From assembly GCF_964355755.1 (NCBI RefSeq), contig NC_092670.1:10960795-11024794 (forward strand): a stretch of 64,000 nucleotides of DNA, written 5' to 3'. Shown here piece after piece: positions 39,996 to 51,699 of this stretch (position 1 is its first letter; each line of letters opens with the position of its first letter). The notes below the pieces were generated by a model. The model was not told the DNA's origin. It did not search any database and was given only the letters and a program-made list of their open reading frames with translations. Source of the DNA: Antedon mediterranea. Lineage: Eukaryota > Animalia > Echinodermata. The translations under genes and the position numbers were made by a program.

Positions 39996-40777
39996 GTTTT
40001 TAACCGATTATTCTGTTTAACAGCACGCTAGACCCTAGATGTGCTAGATTTAAAGTACCGTATTTATTGAAAAAACGGCCTGGGCTGTTTATTGTTTAGG
40101 TGGTTTTTAGTAGGTGGACATTTATTGGAAGAAAGTTGTTTATTCAATGGGAGGGGGTATAATCTAATGGAAATTCCATATGATGTTTCATGGGAGTGAC
40201 ATGGTCACCGTTTATTTGAGGGGAATTTATTTAAAGATCGACGTTTATTCGGTGAGTGAACATTGAGGTCAAATATCAAAAGTGATATTATTCTTCAAGT
40301 GTACAAAAATACATATATGACAAATTTGAGACAAAAATTAATTCTTTTAAGACCAGTGGTTATCGAAGCATTGTCCTGACGCAAAAATTATTATTATTAT
40401 TAGCGAACCCAGTCTTTACAGTAAATACATGGAGTACTATATAATACGTTCGACTATCCTATGATCATGTGTGACAATCTTCAGTTTATACCACCAGGCT
40501 ATATTTATGTTCAATCTTTTACTTTTGTTTACAATAATGAATAGTAATTCGTCAAAGTAACGAATTAAAATATAGTTATTAATTAATAGTTGCAGAGTCA
40601 GGTTGTTGAATGGTCTGGGTGGTTAGGATGTTCTAAAGGGATAGTTTTCTGGGTGGTAATTGTCCGGGGGGTAATTGTCCGGGGGGTAATTGTCCGGGGG
40701 GTAATTGTTCCTAGGGGGTAATTGTCCGGGGGGTAGTTGTCCAGGGGGTAGTTGTCCTAAGGGGGTTGTTGTCCTAA

Positions 40778-43700
40778 TAGTATCCCTATTTTAAGTCTAA
40801 AAAGGGCCAATCTGGGAAAAAAATTAGAAACAAGTGTTTCTCAACTGATTTGAGTTATATAGGTTCTATATATCCACCAAAAAAAAGTTCCAGCTCATCT
40901 GGCCTGGGGAAAGCCGCCATTTTGGATTTTTAAAATGGCCGCCATAAAATACATATTTTTGCTCATATATCAGCTTCCACATCATGTATGGATATGATTT
41001 TGGTGGCAAAGTATATGTTTTGAGGGTCAATGAATCCAAATACAGCATTTTGAAGTTTACTGAATGTCTGCCATCTTGTTTTTCAAAATTGCCGCCATAA
41101 AATACAGATTTGTACTCATCTCAAATTCTACATCGTGTATCAACGTGATTTTAGTGACAAAGTGTAGTTGTGAGTGTCAAGATATCGAAAAACAGCATTT
41201 TCGTAATTCACTCAATGGCCGCCATTTTGTTTTTCAAAATGGCCGCCATTTGTTTTTCAAAATGGCCACCATAAAAATACAGATTTTTGCTCTTATCTTA
41301 GCTTCCACATAATGTATGGAAGTGATTTTGGTGGCAATGTATATATTTTGAGGGTCAAGGATTTCAATTACAGCATTTTTTTAAGTTCATTTAATGGCCA
41401 CCATTTTGTTTTTCAAAATGGCCGCCATAAATACAGGTTTTGCTAATTTCGTAGCTCATATAAATAATGAAGACATGATTTTGATAACTAAGTCTATGTC
41501 TTGATTGTTACAGAATAAAAAATCAGCATTCTAAAATACAGAGTCGCCGAAAGTGATCAGATCTTCTTATTCCATTTAGGACCAAATTCATAGTTGAAGG
41601 CTACTGCTCCACTGGCTTTGGAGATGTTGCTTTTTTTTGCATACAGTTTGTTAAATACAGTAATAGTTTTAAAATTCCCAATCAAACTGGCACAACCGGG
41701 GGCACAACATTCAATAATAACAACATTTATGTACAATCCCCTTTGTCTAGTCTCCGAGATCTATCGCTATCACAATCCTCATTATTATTATGTCAACGTC
41801 GTGAGTTAATCACAAGATCGAGTTCCATACTGATTACGACCAAAGAGGTACACAAGAAAATACCAGAGAGTGTACTGTAACTATCATTCGCGAGAAGAAA
41901 CTAATAAACAAGATATTCTAAAGAAGTTACATAGACATGTAAAGATATTTTCCAAATATAAAGAGAAGCATGGCCAACTTGCAGTTAAAAGTACAACTTA
42001 TGGATAAAGCAAGTAACATATCTTATGAATACATAGTAATACACTGGGAGATCAACACTAGTCACCCTAAATGGTCTGCATTTATGTTTAAATCTAGCTG
42101 CTTATCTGCCATCAGAATAACCTTCGATCAACCAATGTGACGTAAAGTAATGCAAATAGTTAGAGAAAGAAAACTGCCATTTGTCGTCAAACTCGAAAGA
42201 TTCTTAAGAGCTTTCTTGGAAAGTCAAAAAGATATCAAGAACATTTAAGCTGTGGCTGTATTATTAGATGGTATAACTTTTTAGGCATGATTGTGCAATT
42301 GGGAGCTCCAGGTTCAGATATAGCATCTACAGTATGCTTTCATATTTGCAGCAGCTGGTCATGGCCAAAATGCCAAAAGTGGAAGGCTATATCTGGAAAT
42401 GCTGAAAGACAAATTTCAAGATACATAAGGTTTTCTCTATTGTGAGAGTGTCTGAAAACTGATTCTTCACCATTATAACACGTTGCATGATATCCATTCT
42501 TTTGGAACATCTTGTATTGTATGCATATGGAAATTTGTCTTTTAGGCATATTGGCCATCATAGTCAATTGTCCTATACTGTGTCTACATCTGGAGACAAA
42601 ATGGTACATCCTCATCTCGTGTCATCATTATATGATACATAGCTTCATCCTCTTAGAGCTTTAGAATATACAGCTCTCTTTAAAGTAGGTTATGCACAAC
42701 TTCAAAACCTCAACCCACCATTATGTCCAATATAACCAAGAAAGCTCCTGAAAAGATAAACTCCTCCATGTTTGATTATTATGACTGATAGATAAGCAGC
42801 TAGATATACGTTTTCAGAGTGGCTGTACCATTGTATAAACTGTTGACATGTTAATTGGATAAAAAAGAATGATCGGCATAAACTATCGTCGATTTGTCCA
42901 GTTATCGCATTATACCTACATGCATAAATCCAGACCAGTTATGAAATATCATTAAAATTACAAGAAATATTAACACCCAATTATTTGACTGGGCCTTTGG
43001 TCCATGAAATACTTTTCTCAGATGACGTTTTATAGTCGCAGTTTCTTAACGATCCTATTCTCATAATGTTACTTTCATAATTAATTCCGAGTCCAGAATA
43101 TATAGAAAATTCATCCAGTATATCTATAATCGGTTTAATTGAGTTTTGGTGTTTGAGAAAAAACACAGTGTCATCTGCAAATTGGCTAATTCTTATGTCT
43201 ACATTATGGTGAAGTAGTGTTAGTCCCCAGTGTATTAGGTAACCATCCATTCAGTCACATAAGATGTTGCTTTAAATTGCTTTACTTGCTTTATTTATAA
43301 TGTATCTGATTGGAATATGCTTAACTAAAGTTGGCCATGCTTCTCTTTAGGATTTGGAAAATATCTTAAAATGTCGTCTAACAAACTTTTTTAGAATATT
43401 TTATTTTTAGGTTCTTCACGCGAATGATTAGTTACAGTACATCGCTGATATCTTCTTGAGTACAGTATCTCCTGGGGTATCTCCTCCATAATCATTGTGG
43501 TTCCCATATATTATCACCAACATATTGACTATTTCTCGTCATCACTTTCCAACTGTATTTCAAAAGCTGAATTTTGTTTTTATTCTGTAACCTTCAAAAC
43601 ATAGGCTTAGCAAAATCATAATCATAGTAGCTCATAAATTAGCAAAAACCTGTAGCTTATGGCCACCATTTTTACAATCAAAATGGTGGCCATTGAGTGA

Positions 43701-44429
43701 ACTTCAAAAAGCTGTATTTAGATTTCTTGACCCTCAAAACATAAACATTGCCACCAAAATCACTTCCATGCACGATGTAGAAGCTGAGGTACGAGGAAAA
43801 ATCTGTAAATTTTATGGCAGCCATTTTGAAAACAAAATGGCAGGCATTAGGTGAACTTTAAGATACTATATTTGAATTCCTTGACCTTCAAAACATATAC
43901 TTTTCTACCAAAATTACGTTCATATGATGTAGAAGCTGAGATATGAGGAAAAATCTGTAAATTTTATAGCAGCCATTTTGATTTTCAAAATGGCGGCCAT
44001 TGGGTGAAATTCAAATTAATGCTGTATTTGGATTCCTTGACCGTCAAAACCTACATTTTGCCACCAAAATCATGTCTATACATGATATAGAAGCTGAGAT
44101 AAGCACAAATCTGTATTTTAAGGCGGCCATTTTGAAAAACAAGATGGCGGTCATTGAGTGAACTTCAAAATGCTGTATTTAGATTCTTTGACCCTCAAAA
44201 CATACATTTTGCCACCAAAATCATTTCCATGCATGATGTAGAAGAGGAGATATGAGCAAAAACCTGTATTTTACGGCGGCCATTTTGAAAATCCAAAATG
44301 GCGGCTTTCCCCAGGCCAGATGAGCTGGAACTTTTTTTTGGTGGATATATAGACCCCATATGACACAAATCAGTTGAGAAACACTTGTTTCTAATTTTTT
44401 CCCAGAGAAAGTGTAAAATGGGGATACTA
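40778..44429. mobile_element. Academ-like (alternatively Harbinger-like) non-autonomous element with long TIRs
   Basis: TAGTATCCC...GGGATACTA termini, 3-bp TSD TAA, >150-bp well-matched inverted arms, ~125-bp subterminal repeats with AAAATGGCCGCCAT. Confidence 0.8.
42700..43210 (-). pseudogene. L1/Tx1-like RT fragment inside the Academ-like element
   Basis: IRISQFADDTVFFLK...ILDEFSIYSGLGINYES...ISWTKGPVK*LGV. Confidence 0.75.
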
Positions 44430-44571
44430 TAAGGGGGTAGTTGTCCGGGGGGTATTTGTCCGGGGGGTAGTTGTCCTAAGGGGGTAGTGGTCCAGGTGGT
44501 GGTTGTCCGGGGGGTAGTTGTCCTGGGGGTAAATGTCCAGGGGGTGAATATCCGGATACGGTTTAGATGAT

Positions 44572-45930
44572 ATGAATGGAACAGAAATGAATAATTTGTT
44601 TGACGAAAATGAGGATAAAGCTAAAGATAAAACAGTCAAACATAAAACTTATGAACAACAGCACAAGCTGAACCTAACTAAACAAGAACTGATCAAATTG
44701 AAAACTAAGGATGACTCACTCAAAGGAGTGTTTGACAGGGTAGTCCCTATAGAAGAAATAGGTCAGCATAGGGTATGTTTCTTTATGAGACAAGGTATAT
44801 TGATGAGAAATTGGAGTAGTATTAAAGATAAGAATAACCAAGTGGAACAGATTGTATTACCCACTCAGTGTAGACAGGGTGTATTACACTTAGGTCATAA
44901 TGTGCCATTTGCAGGTCACATGGGTGTTGAGAAACCTAAAAGTAGGGTCCTGAACCAATTCTATTGGCCAGGTATATTTAAAGATGTGGTAGTCTATTGT
45001 AAAGTCTGTAAGGAATGCCAAAAGGTAGATAAGGGTAAAAGTAAAAGGAAACATACTTTGATACCATTACCGATTATAAGTACACCATTTAAACGTATAG
45101 CGATAGACATTGTTGGACCCTTATCTAGAACAAGCCGTAATAACAAATATATGCTTACTATAATTGACTATGCTACGAGATATCCGGATGCTATCCCGTT
45201 ACCCAATGTTAGAGCTGAAACAGTAGCCAGGGCTCTAATAGAAGTCTTTACTAGAGTAGGATTACCCGAAGAGATTGTACATGATCAAGGAACTAATTTT
45301 ATGTCTTCAATTATGCAATCTATATGTAGTATGTTGGGATTAATCAATTAAAGACTACAGTGTACCACCCCCACAGCAATGGGCTTGTTGAAAGATTTCA
45401 CGGTACATTGAAAAATATGATAAGGACACTTACAGTTAAGCAAAGAAAAAATTGGGATAACTACATACCCCCCTTTCTGTTTGCATACAGAGAAGTTCCT
45501 AGTAAAGCGACGGGCCATTCACCTTTTAAATTGCTTTATGGTAGAGAGGTGAGGGGACCCTTGAGTTTACTCAAAAGTAATTGGGTAGAAGATGAAGAAA
45601 CATCTACTGAAGTTATCAAATACATGTTAGACATAAGAGAAAAAATGGAGGAATTAATGAAAGATGCTAATGTAAACAAACTTGAACAACAAGAAATTAT
45701 GTCCCACAATTATAACAAGAATGCTATTGATAGAGAATTTGTAGAAGGGGACAAAGTGTTGATATTCCTTCCAGTAGGAAATAGTAAGTTAGACAGTAAA
45801 TGGCAAGGCCCCTTCACTGTTACAAAAAAAGGTCAATGATGTAAATTATGAAATATACATAGGAGGTAGAAGAAAAGAAAAACAAATTCTACATGTTAAT
45901 ATGTTAAAGAGATGGTATGATAAAGTAGAA
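44572..45930 (+). pseudogene. pol: Gypsy integrase (HHCC, DDE core, GPY/F), frameshifted
   Basis: GHNVPFAGHMG...FYWPG...CKVCKECQ; RIAIDIVGPL; VHDQGTNF; YHPHSNGLVERFHGTLK; KWQGPF; LHVNMLK. Frameshifts near 45345 and 45830. Confidence 0.92.
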
Positions 45931-46141
45931 ATAAGTAAAGATGGTTATTATGTAGTAACAAATGTTCAGTCGATAGAAGAAGTAGACTTAAATGAAACAG
46001 TCCATGACAATGAGTTAGATAGTGAAATAGACATAGGATTGTCTTATCATCAATCACAAACATGGAGAGATGTTAACGTTAGTAGTAATTTAAATGATAC
46101 ACAAACTAAACAATTAACAGAATTGTTAAAGTACCAACAGA

Positions 46142-47187
46142 ATGTATTCTCGGATTAGAACTCACTTAGTGACACATGAAATTAAGACTAATGGTGAAAT
46201 GCCTATAAGGCATAGGGCATATAGAACGCCCCAAGCATTAAAGGGTAAATTGAAAGAAGAATTAGATAGTATGTTGGCTATGGGTATAATAGAACCTACA
46301 GTTAGTGCCTATGCTGCACCTATTATTGCCCTGAAGAAAGGCCAGAATCAAATTAGAATGGTGACAGATTTTAGATCACTAAATAAGACTACACAATTTG
46401 ACCCTTATGTTATGCCTCGCATAGACGAAATGTTGGATGAGATATCATCCGCAATATACATAACTACGTTAGATCTAACTAAAGGATTTTACCAGGTGCC
46501 GCTGGATCCTAAGACCCAAGACAAATCAGCATTTATTACACAATTTGGACAGTATTGTTACAATGTACTTCCATTTGGTATGCAAAATAGCTAGTACTTT
46601 CCAAAGATTAATGGATAAGGTATTACAAGGTACTGAGGGATATGCTAAGGCATATATAGATGACATATGTATTTATAGTCAAACTTGGAAAGATCATATT
46701 TTTCATTTGAATGATGTATTAGAAAGATTAAGTAGTGCTGGATTGACAGCAAAGCCTTTGAAATGTAAAATTGCCTATGCACAGGTAGAATTTCTGGGGC
46801 ATAAGATTGGTAATGGAGAAATTAGACCCATGATTGATAAGGTTGAGGCTGTGGAAAAGTTCCCCAGACCTTTGTCTAAGAAACAAGTCCGATCATTTCT
46901 CGGATTAACGGGCTATTACAGAAAATTTGTACAGAACTATGCCGATATTGCTAAGCCATTGATCGATTTAACTTTAAAGAGTAAAAGTAAATAATACCGT
47001 TAAGTGGAATGAACAATGTGAAAATGCCTTTGTAACTTTAAAGAAACGACTTACTGATGATAATGTATTAAAAGCCCCAAATTTTGATAAGATGTTTATA
47101 TTGCAAACCGATGCCTCAAATTATGGCATAGGTGCAGTGCTGAGCCAAATAGATGGTGAGGGTAATGATTATCCCATTGTGTACTTA
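46142..47187 (+). pseudogene. pol: Gypsy reverse transcriptase and start of RNase H, frameshifted and truncated
   Basis: DFRSLNK, LDLTKGFYQV, LPFGMQN, AYIDDI, FLGH, RSFLGLTGYYRKFV, LQTDASNYGIGAVLSQ, PIVYL, then an abrupt break. Confidence 0.92.
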
Positions 47188-48103
47188 TAGGCTAGTCAAT
47201 CTAGCAAAAAAAAACAGCCCAAAGTGAAACAAATTGCAAACAGAGATTTTTCTTTTTTAAATGGTCATATATGATGAGGAGATCAAAATTTGAGCATCAC
47301 ACCTCTGTCACTCATCCCGATGATATGCAAATTAGCTTAAATATGCAAATTAGGGTGAAATTACAAGGTTACCATATCTCAAAAACTACTTGTCCGAGAG
47401 AGTTGATTTTTTCACTGATCTATTCAAAATGTATATATTTATATTTACTCTAATGAAACATTTTACGAAAAAATTACCGGAAGTACAACATTTGACCTTC
47501 GACCCCATTTCTCAATGTTTGCATATACAATGTGACTAAAATGTCTGTAGAGACTTTATTTTGCCCTCAAATGACCCAGACATAGGTTCCTAATAGCCAG
47601 CATAGGATCCCAAAATCACACCTTTGTCACACACCTCGAAAGTATGCAAATTAGTAGTACAATTTAAATAAAATATGCAAATAAGGGGAAAAAATTACAG
47701 TTGTCCTATATCTCGAAAACCACTAATGCTAGAGAGCTGATTTTTTCACAGCCGTATTCAAAATGTACATATTTCTATTTGCTCCAATGAAACATTTTAC
47801 AAAAAATTGACCGGAAGTATGACATTTGATCCTCGACCCCATTTCTCAATATTGCATATATAAATGAAACTAAAATGTCTGTAGAGACTTTGTTTTGCCG
47901 TCAAATGACTCCGATACAGGTTTCTAATAGCCAACATAGGACTGTTTAGTAGATCTCAAAATCACACCTGTATCACTCACCTCCAAAGTATGCAAATTAG
48001 TACAAGTTACATGAAATATGCAAATTAGAAGGTGAAATTAAAGGTTCCTATATATCGAAAACCACTAAGGCCAGAGAGTTGATTTTTTCAATAACTTGTT
48101 CAG
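47188..48103. mobile_element. One arm of an Academ-like element replacing the end of RNase H, the PPT and U3
   Basis: Begins TAGGCTAGTCAATCTAGC at the pol break; ~320-345-bp subterminal repeats with ATGCAAATTAG; no second terminus or TSD. Confidence 0.6.
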
Positions 48104-48283
48104 AATATTAAGGCTTGACTGGTAGTGGTAGAAAGATGTATTAATCGAGTTACAAGGAATAAAAGTTCTAGTTGAGTTAAATATACTTTTTGTATGAGTT
48201 ATCATTCAGTGACAGCAGTGTACGTCGCGTGGAAATATATACGCCTGAGAAAGCTCGGAACCAACTAAAATATATTCACTACA
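48104..48283 (+). repeat. 3' LTR, 5'-truncated
   Basis: Matches 36861-37024 apart from a 16-bp indel (CTAGTTGAGTTAAATA); ends CTACA followed by the TSD. Confidence 0.92.
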
Positions 48284-50346
48284 CCTGGCTAACTGACCAA
48301 CACAATGATAGTCATACTGAGCTAAGTGGTTTTTATATGGTACGTGGGGATAGAGACTCGCTGGCAACTGGTAAATCGAAAGGCAGTGGTCTGTGTTTAT
48401 ACGTTAATAAGGGATATTGCCATCCAAATAACGTATCGGTAAAATCCCATGTATGTACTCCAAACTCAGAAATCATGGTGACTAACATTCGGCCATACTA
48501 CATACCACAAGAGTTCTCACATGTCATCGTAATGACCGTTTACGTGCCTGATAAAACATTAGCTAAAAGTGCCACCCAGGAAATGTTCGAGGCTACATAT
48601 GATATCGAACCAAAATTACCTGATGCTTTGATCATCATAAATGGAGATTTCAATCACTGTACTACTATCAGCACGTCGCATGTAATACTCGACTGAACAA
48701 TAAACTAGACCTTTGCTATTCTAATCTAAAGAACGCTTACATGTCTACAAAGTTGCCAGGATTGGGAGACCATGATCTGGTTATGTTACGACCAAGATAC
48801 ACCCCGCTCCACAAGACGAATAAACCAAAACAAATCACCGTAAAGAGATGGACAAACTACGCGATGCTACAACTGCAAGGTGCACTAGAAGCAACTGATT
48901 GGGACTGTTTTAAAAACTATTTTAACTCCATACATGATTTGACACAAATAGTAAGCGACTATATCTGTTTCTGTAGCGAACTAGTTATCTCTACAAAAAT
49001 AATTAAAGTGCATAGTAATAATAAACTCTGGATAACAAACAGAGTTCGTGCAGTAATACATAAGAAAAAAAATGCTTTCAACAACAAGGAAATTGAACGT
49101 TTAAAAGAAATTAAGAAGGAACTAAAAAAAGTAACTAGATTTGAACTCCGCCATTTTATATTCGAGTGGCCATAAGATGATGTCACTATGTCCGGTTAGC
49201 CATATCGATGCATGATTCTATATCTACAACTCATCAACTTCCATAATATGTAATAAAAAATAAACTTCACCATGTAGTTTAGAATTTATGACTATTTAAA
49301 AAAAGCATAATTTTGACGAATTTTTGAACTTTTTCATCAAAAACGCACGCAAATTATCCATTTACACGTGCTCGTATGACGTAATTTTAAGTCAAAATTG
49401 TTTCAAAGTTTGTAAAATTACTAGAAAAGGCGGGAAAAACATAAATCACGCGAAAAAAGTATGTTTTTAACGCTATGTGCGCACGCGCGCGTAAAATCAT
49501 ATACTCAAATAAATAATAAACCCAGTTTTTATGCTTCATAGAATTTAATATTACTGTATTTAATTTTTTTATTTAAATGTATAGTTTTTAACATAAATTT
49601 GCACTGTTTTTGCTATAAAAGTTGGGTTTTAATAATTAATATAAGTATCTGCCCTTGTTTGTTTGTAATATTCTCAGCCTCGTTTGGTCTTGTTTGTTTC
49701 CATTTGGTTCCATTTAGTGTGACCGGTCACATACACAATACAATTACAATCATTTGCGTTCATTCCGTAGCGTCCTTCGTAGCTTCAATATTTGGTTTGT
49801 TCCGCCAGTTTTGTCACACATGCTATCAGACCTTGTGTAATGTGTTCAAAAAGTGGGTTTTTTAGATTGTTTAGTTAGAACTGAACAATTGTAAGTCATT
49901 GTCGGTTTTGTACCTGATTTTGAATTCTATTTTCTATAGGATAATAAATAAGGTCTTTCGCTATTTATATTTTATTACATAACTATGATAAAGAACTTTA
50001 AAGGTCAGTTCATTTTTAAAATTAAAAGAATGGATTTGCACGCAGTATTTTATTTACATTCACCCAAGAAAGCTGCCTCCCCTAAATTTTAATAAAATTA
50101 CGCTAGAACTGTTGCTTCCGTGGACTTTAGATCCTGACGCCACCGCTGCTTAGGTACAGTACATGTCTCAAATTCTGTCCCAGCAGTTTAAATGCGATAT
50201 TAAAATAAAATTCTACAGTATGTGGGTATTCATTGATTATTTTTACTACAAGGTACTAAGGGTCTATAAGGCCTACAAAAAATGTTAATTCTTTGTATAC
50301 TTTAAATGTGTTTTTTAGTGTAAAAATTGATTAAAGATATACTAAC

Positions 50347-50608
50347 CTGCCGTTCCTGTGTATCCACTAATTGTCAAAACATAGTTAGAGTCCTCAGTAC
50401 CAACATGGAAGTGAGAATATCTTGCAAACTTTGTTACATCCAAGTGGTCCGTCATCTCTACTAAGAGCTCAAAACTGCCATGGGAAGTTATACGGTTGAT
50501 CTGTTCATTACCAAGCCAGAACTCTGTGTTCAAATTTCCAAAACCCTCTTTGTATTGCGACCAATTACGGTTGAAATTAACTGATCCATCTTCTCTTCTC
50601 TGTATCAC
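50347..50608 (-). CDS. FReD gene copy A, internal exon (fibrinogen domain core)
   Basis: VIQRREDGSVNFNRNWSQYKEGFGNLNTEFWLGNEQI...ISGYTGTAG; boundaries atcag|GTG and G|gttagt. Confidence 0.93.
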
Positions 50609-51275
50609 CTGATAATGAAAGGATAGTAATCTATACTCTATTTTCTAAAACAGTGATTTCAAGTTCATCAACTGGAGTAAATAGAAATAAATGAATTAAG
50701 AACCTGAATATTAATATTACTATGAGGTTACGTCAATATTTAACAATTTAATTTTGATGTTCCTCGATTTGATTTGATTATACTCATTTTACAATAATTA
50801 TGCAAGTTTTTGAACATTTAGTGTGATTTTTCTTGTATTATGTTTAGATCATCATAGTTTTGTTGGTTTTACATGTGACCTCCAGGCAACGCTTTACTCA
50901 CTCGATCTGCATGTGCATAGGTATAGTTTTTTAGATTGATTTTTTCATTAATTTCTGTTGAACAAAATGGTAAATCTAAAGTTATGTTTTTAATAAAGCC
51001 AAATATTATTAAGAATTGTTCATTTGCAATAGGCTATTTATCCACCAATATGCAAGTTTTAAACATGCCTAACAACTGTTCGCTTAACAACTATGTTGTG
51101 CAAATGAGTAGAATGTTGACGTCATTCGTTAAAGTTCCCTATTTTATTCTTGCCATCATCTAAAGGTCAACATCGCCTTCTATCTATTTTCAAGACGTAA
51201 GGAGTGCAGGGTGTGACGTCATATGTGAGATGTGCTCCTTCAGATGTATTTACATAAATTGTTGCCAATACTTAC

Positions 51276-51412
51276 TGTCCATCCTGCATCACTTCTCATG
51301 TCACAGTACACAGTAATTTGTGGTCCTCCATCACATAGCTGTATCACATATTGACCACTCACAGCAGAAGGATTATTTTGTAAAATGTTACTACACTCCC
51401 TCATAAAACACT
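51276..51412 (-). CDS. FReD gene copy A, exon encoding start of the fibrinogen domain
   Basis: CFMRECSNILQNNPSAVSGQYVIQLCDGGPQITVYCDMRSDAGWT; boundaries ttttag|AG and ACA|gtaagt; 137 nt as in copy C. Confidence 0.9.
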
Positions 51413-51674
51413 CTAAAATTACAAAATTTGAAGATCACATATTAGATATAACATTGAAATAAGCCTATACATTGAATGAAACGTCCATTTGGTTATAAGA
51501 TTGATTTTATAGTGGGTCAATACAACAGAAAGTACTTTAAGAATATTAAAGAGAACATTTCCTATAGGCAAATTCAACAGAAACAAAATGTCACTGCCAG
51601 CAGCCAATCACTAATAATAAAAGTGAACCTCCATATGAAAAATAAATTTATTTAATAATAAATTGTATACTTAC

Positions 51675-51699
51675 TTGTTTTGGGAATCAGTGGCCAGGA
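51675..51699 (-). CDS. Candidate 25-nt linker micro-exon of FReD copy A (SWPLIPKT)
   Basis: Strong gtaagt donor and pyrimidine tract; phase 0 to 1 fits both neighbours, but the acceptor reads catg rather than cag. Confidence 0.4.

Larger units (their letters stand above)
39268..44560. mobile_element. MULE-like foldback element (copy 2) inserted in gag-pol
   Basis: Perfect 9-bp TSD GTTTAGATG (39259-39267, 44561-44569); inverted sister of 25123-26598; excision gives in-frame KCLD-DMNGTEM. Confidence 0.92.
36636..48283 (+). mobile_element. Gmr1-like Ty3/Gypsy LTR retrotransposon, disrupted
   Basis: TG...CA ends, 5-bp TSD CCTGG (36631-36635, 48284-48288), PBS, domain order gag-PR-IN-RT-RH. Confidence 0.93.
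35361..49140 (+). mobile_element. Rex1/Babar-like LINE, endonuclease half, split into three pieces (35361-35383, 36320-36635, 48284-49140); RT absent
   Basis: Removing the inserts restores MVRLIYSNSELLQLR...KRRKRGKARGLRKR...PSLIIGNVQSL...FTETW|LTD...RGDR...GLCLYVN...PYYIPQEF...VYVP...NGDFNH...LDLCY...DH. Confidence 0.85.

Noticed and set aside
48190-48696. 168-aa ORF as a novel fusion protein
   Set aside because: Chance read-through from the 3' LTR into the LINE endonuclease across the TSD; non-ATG start.
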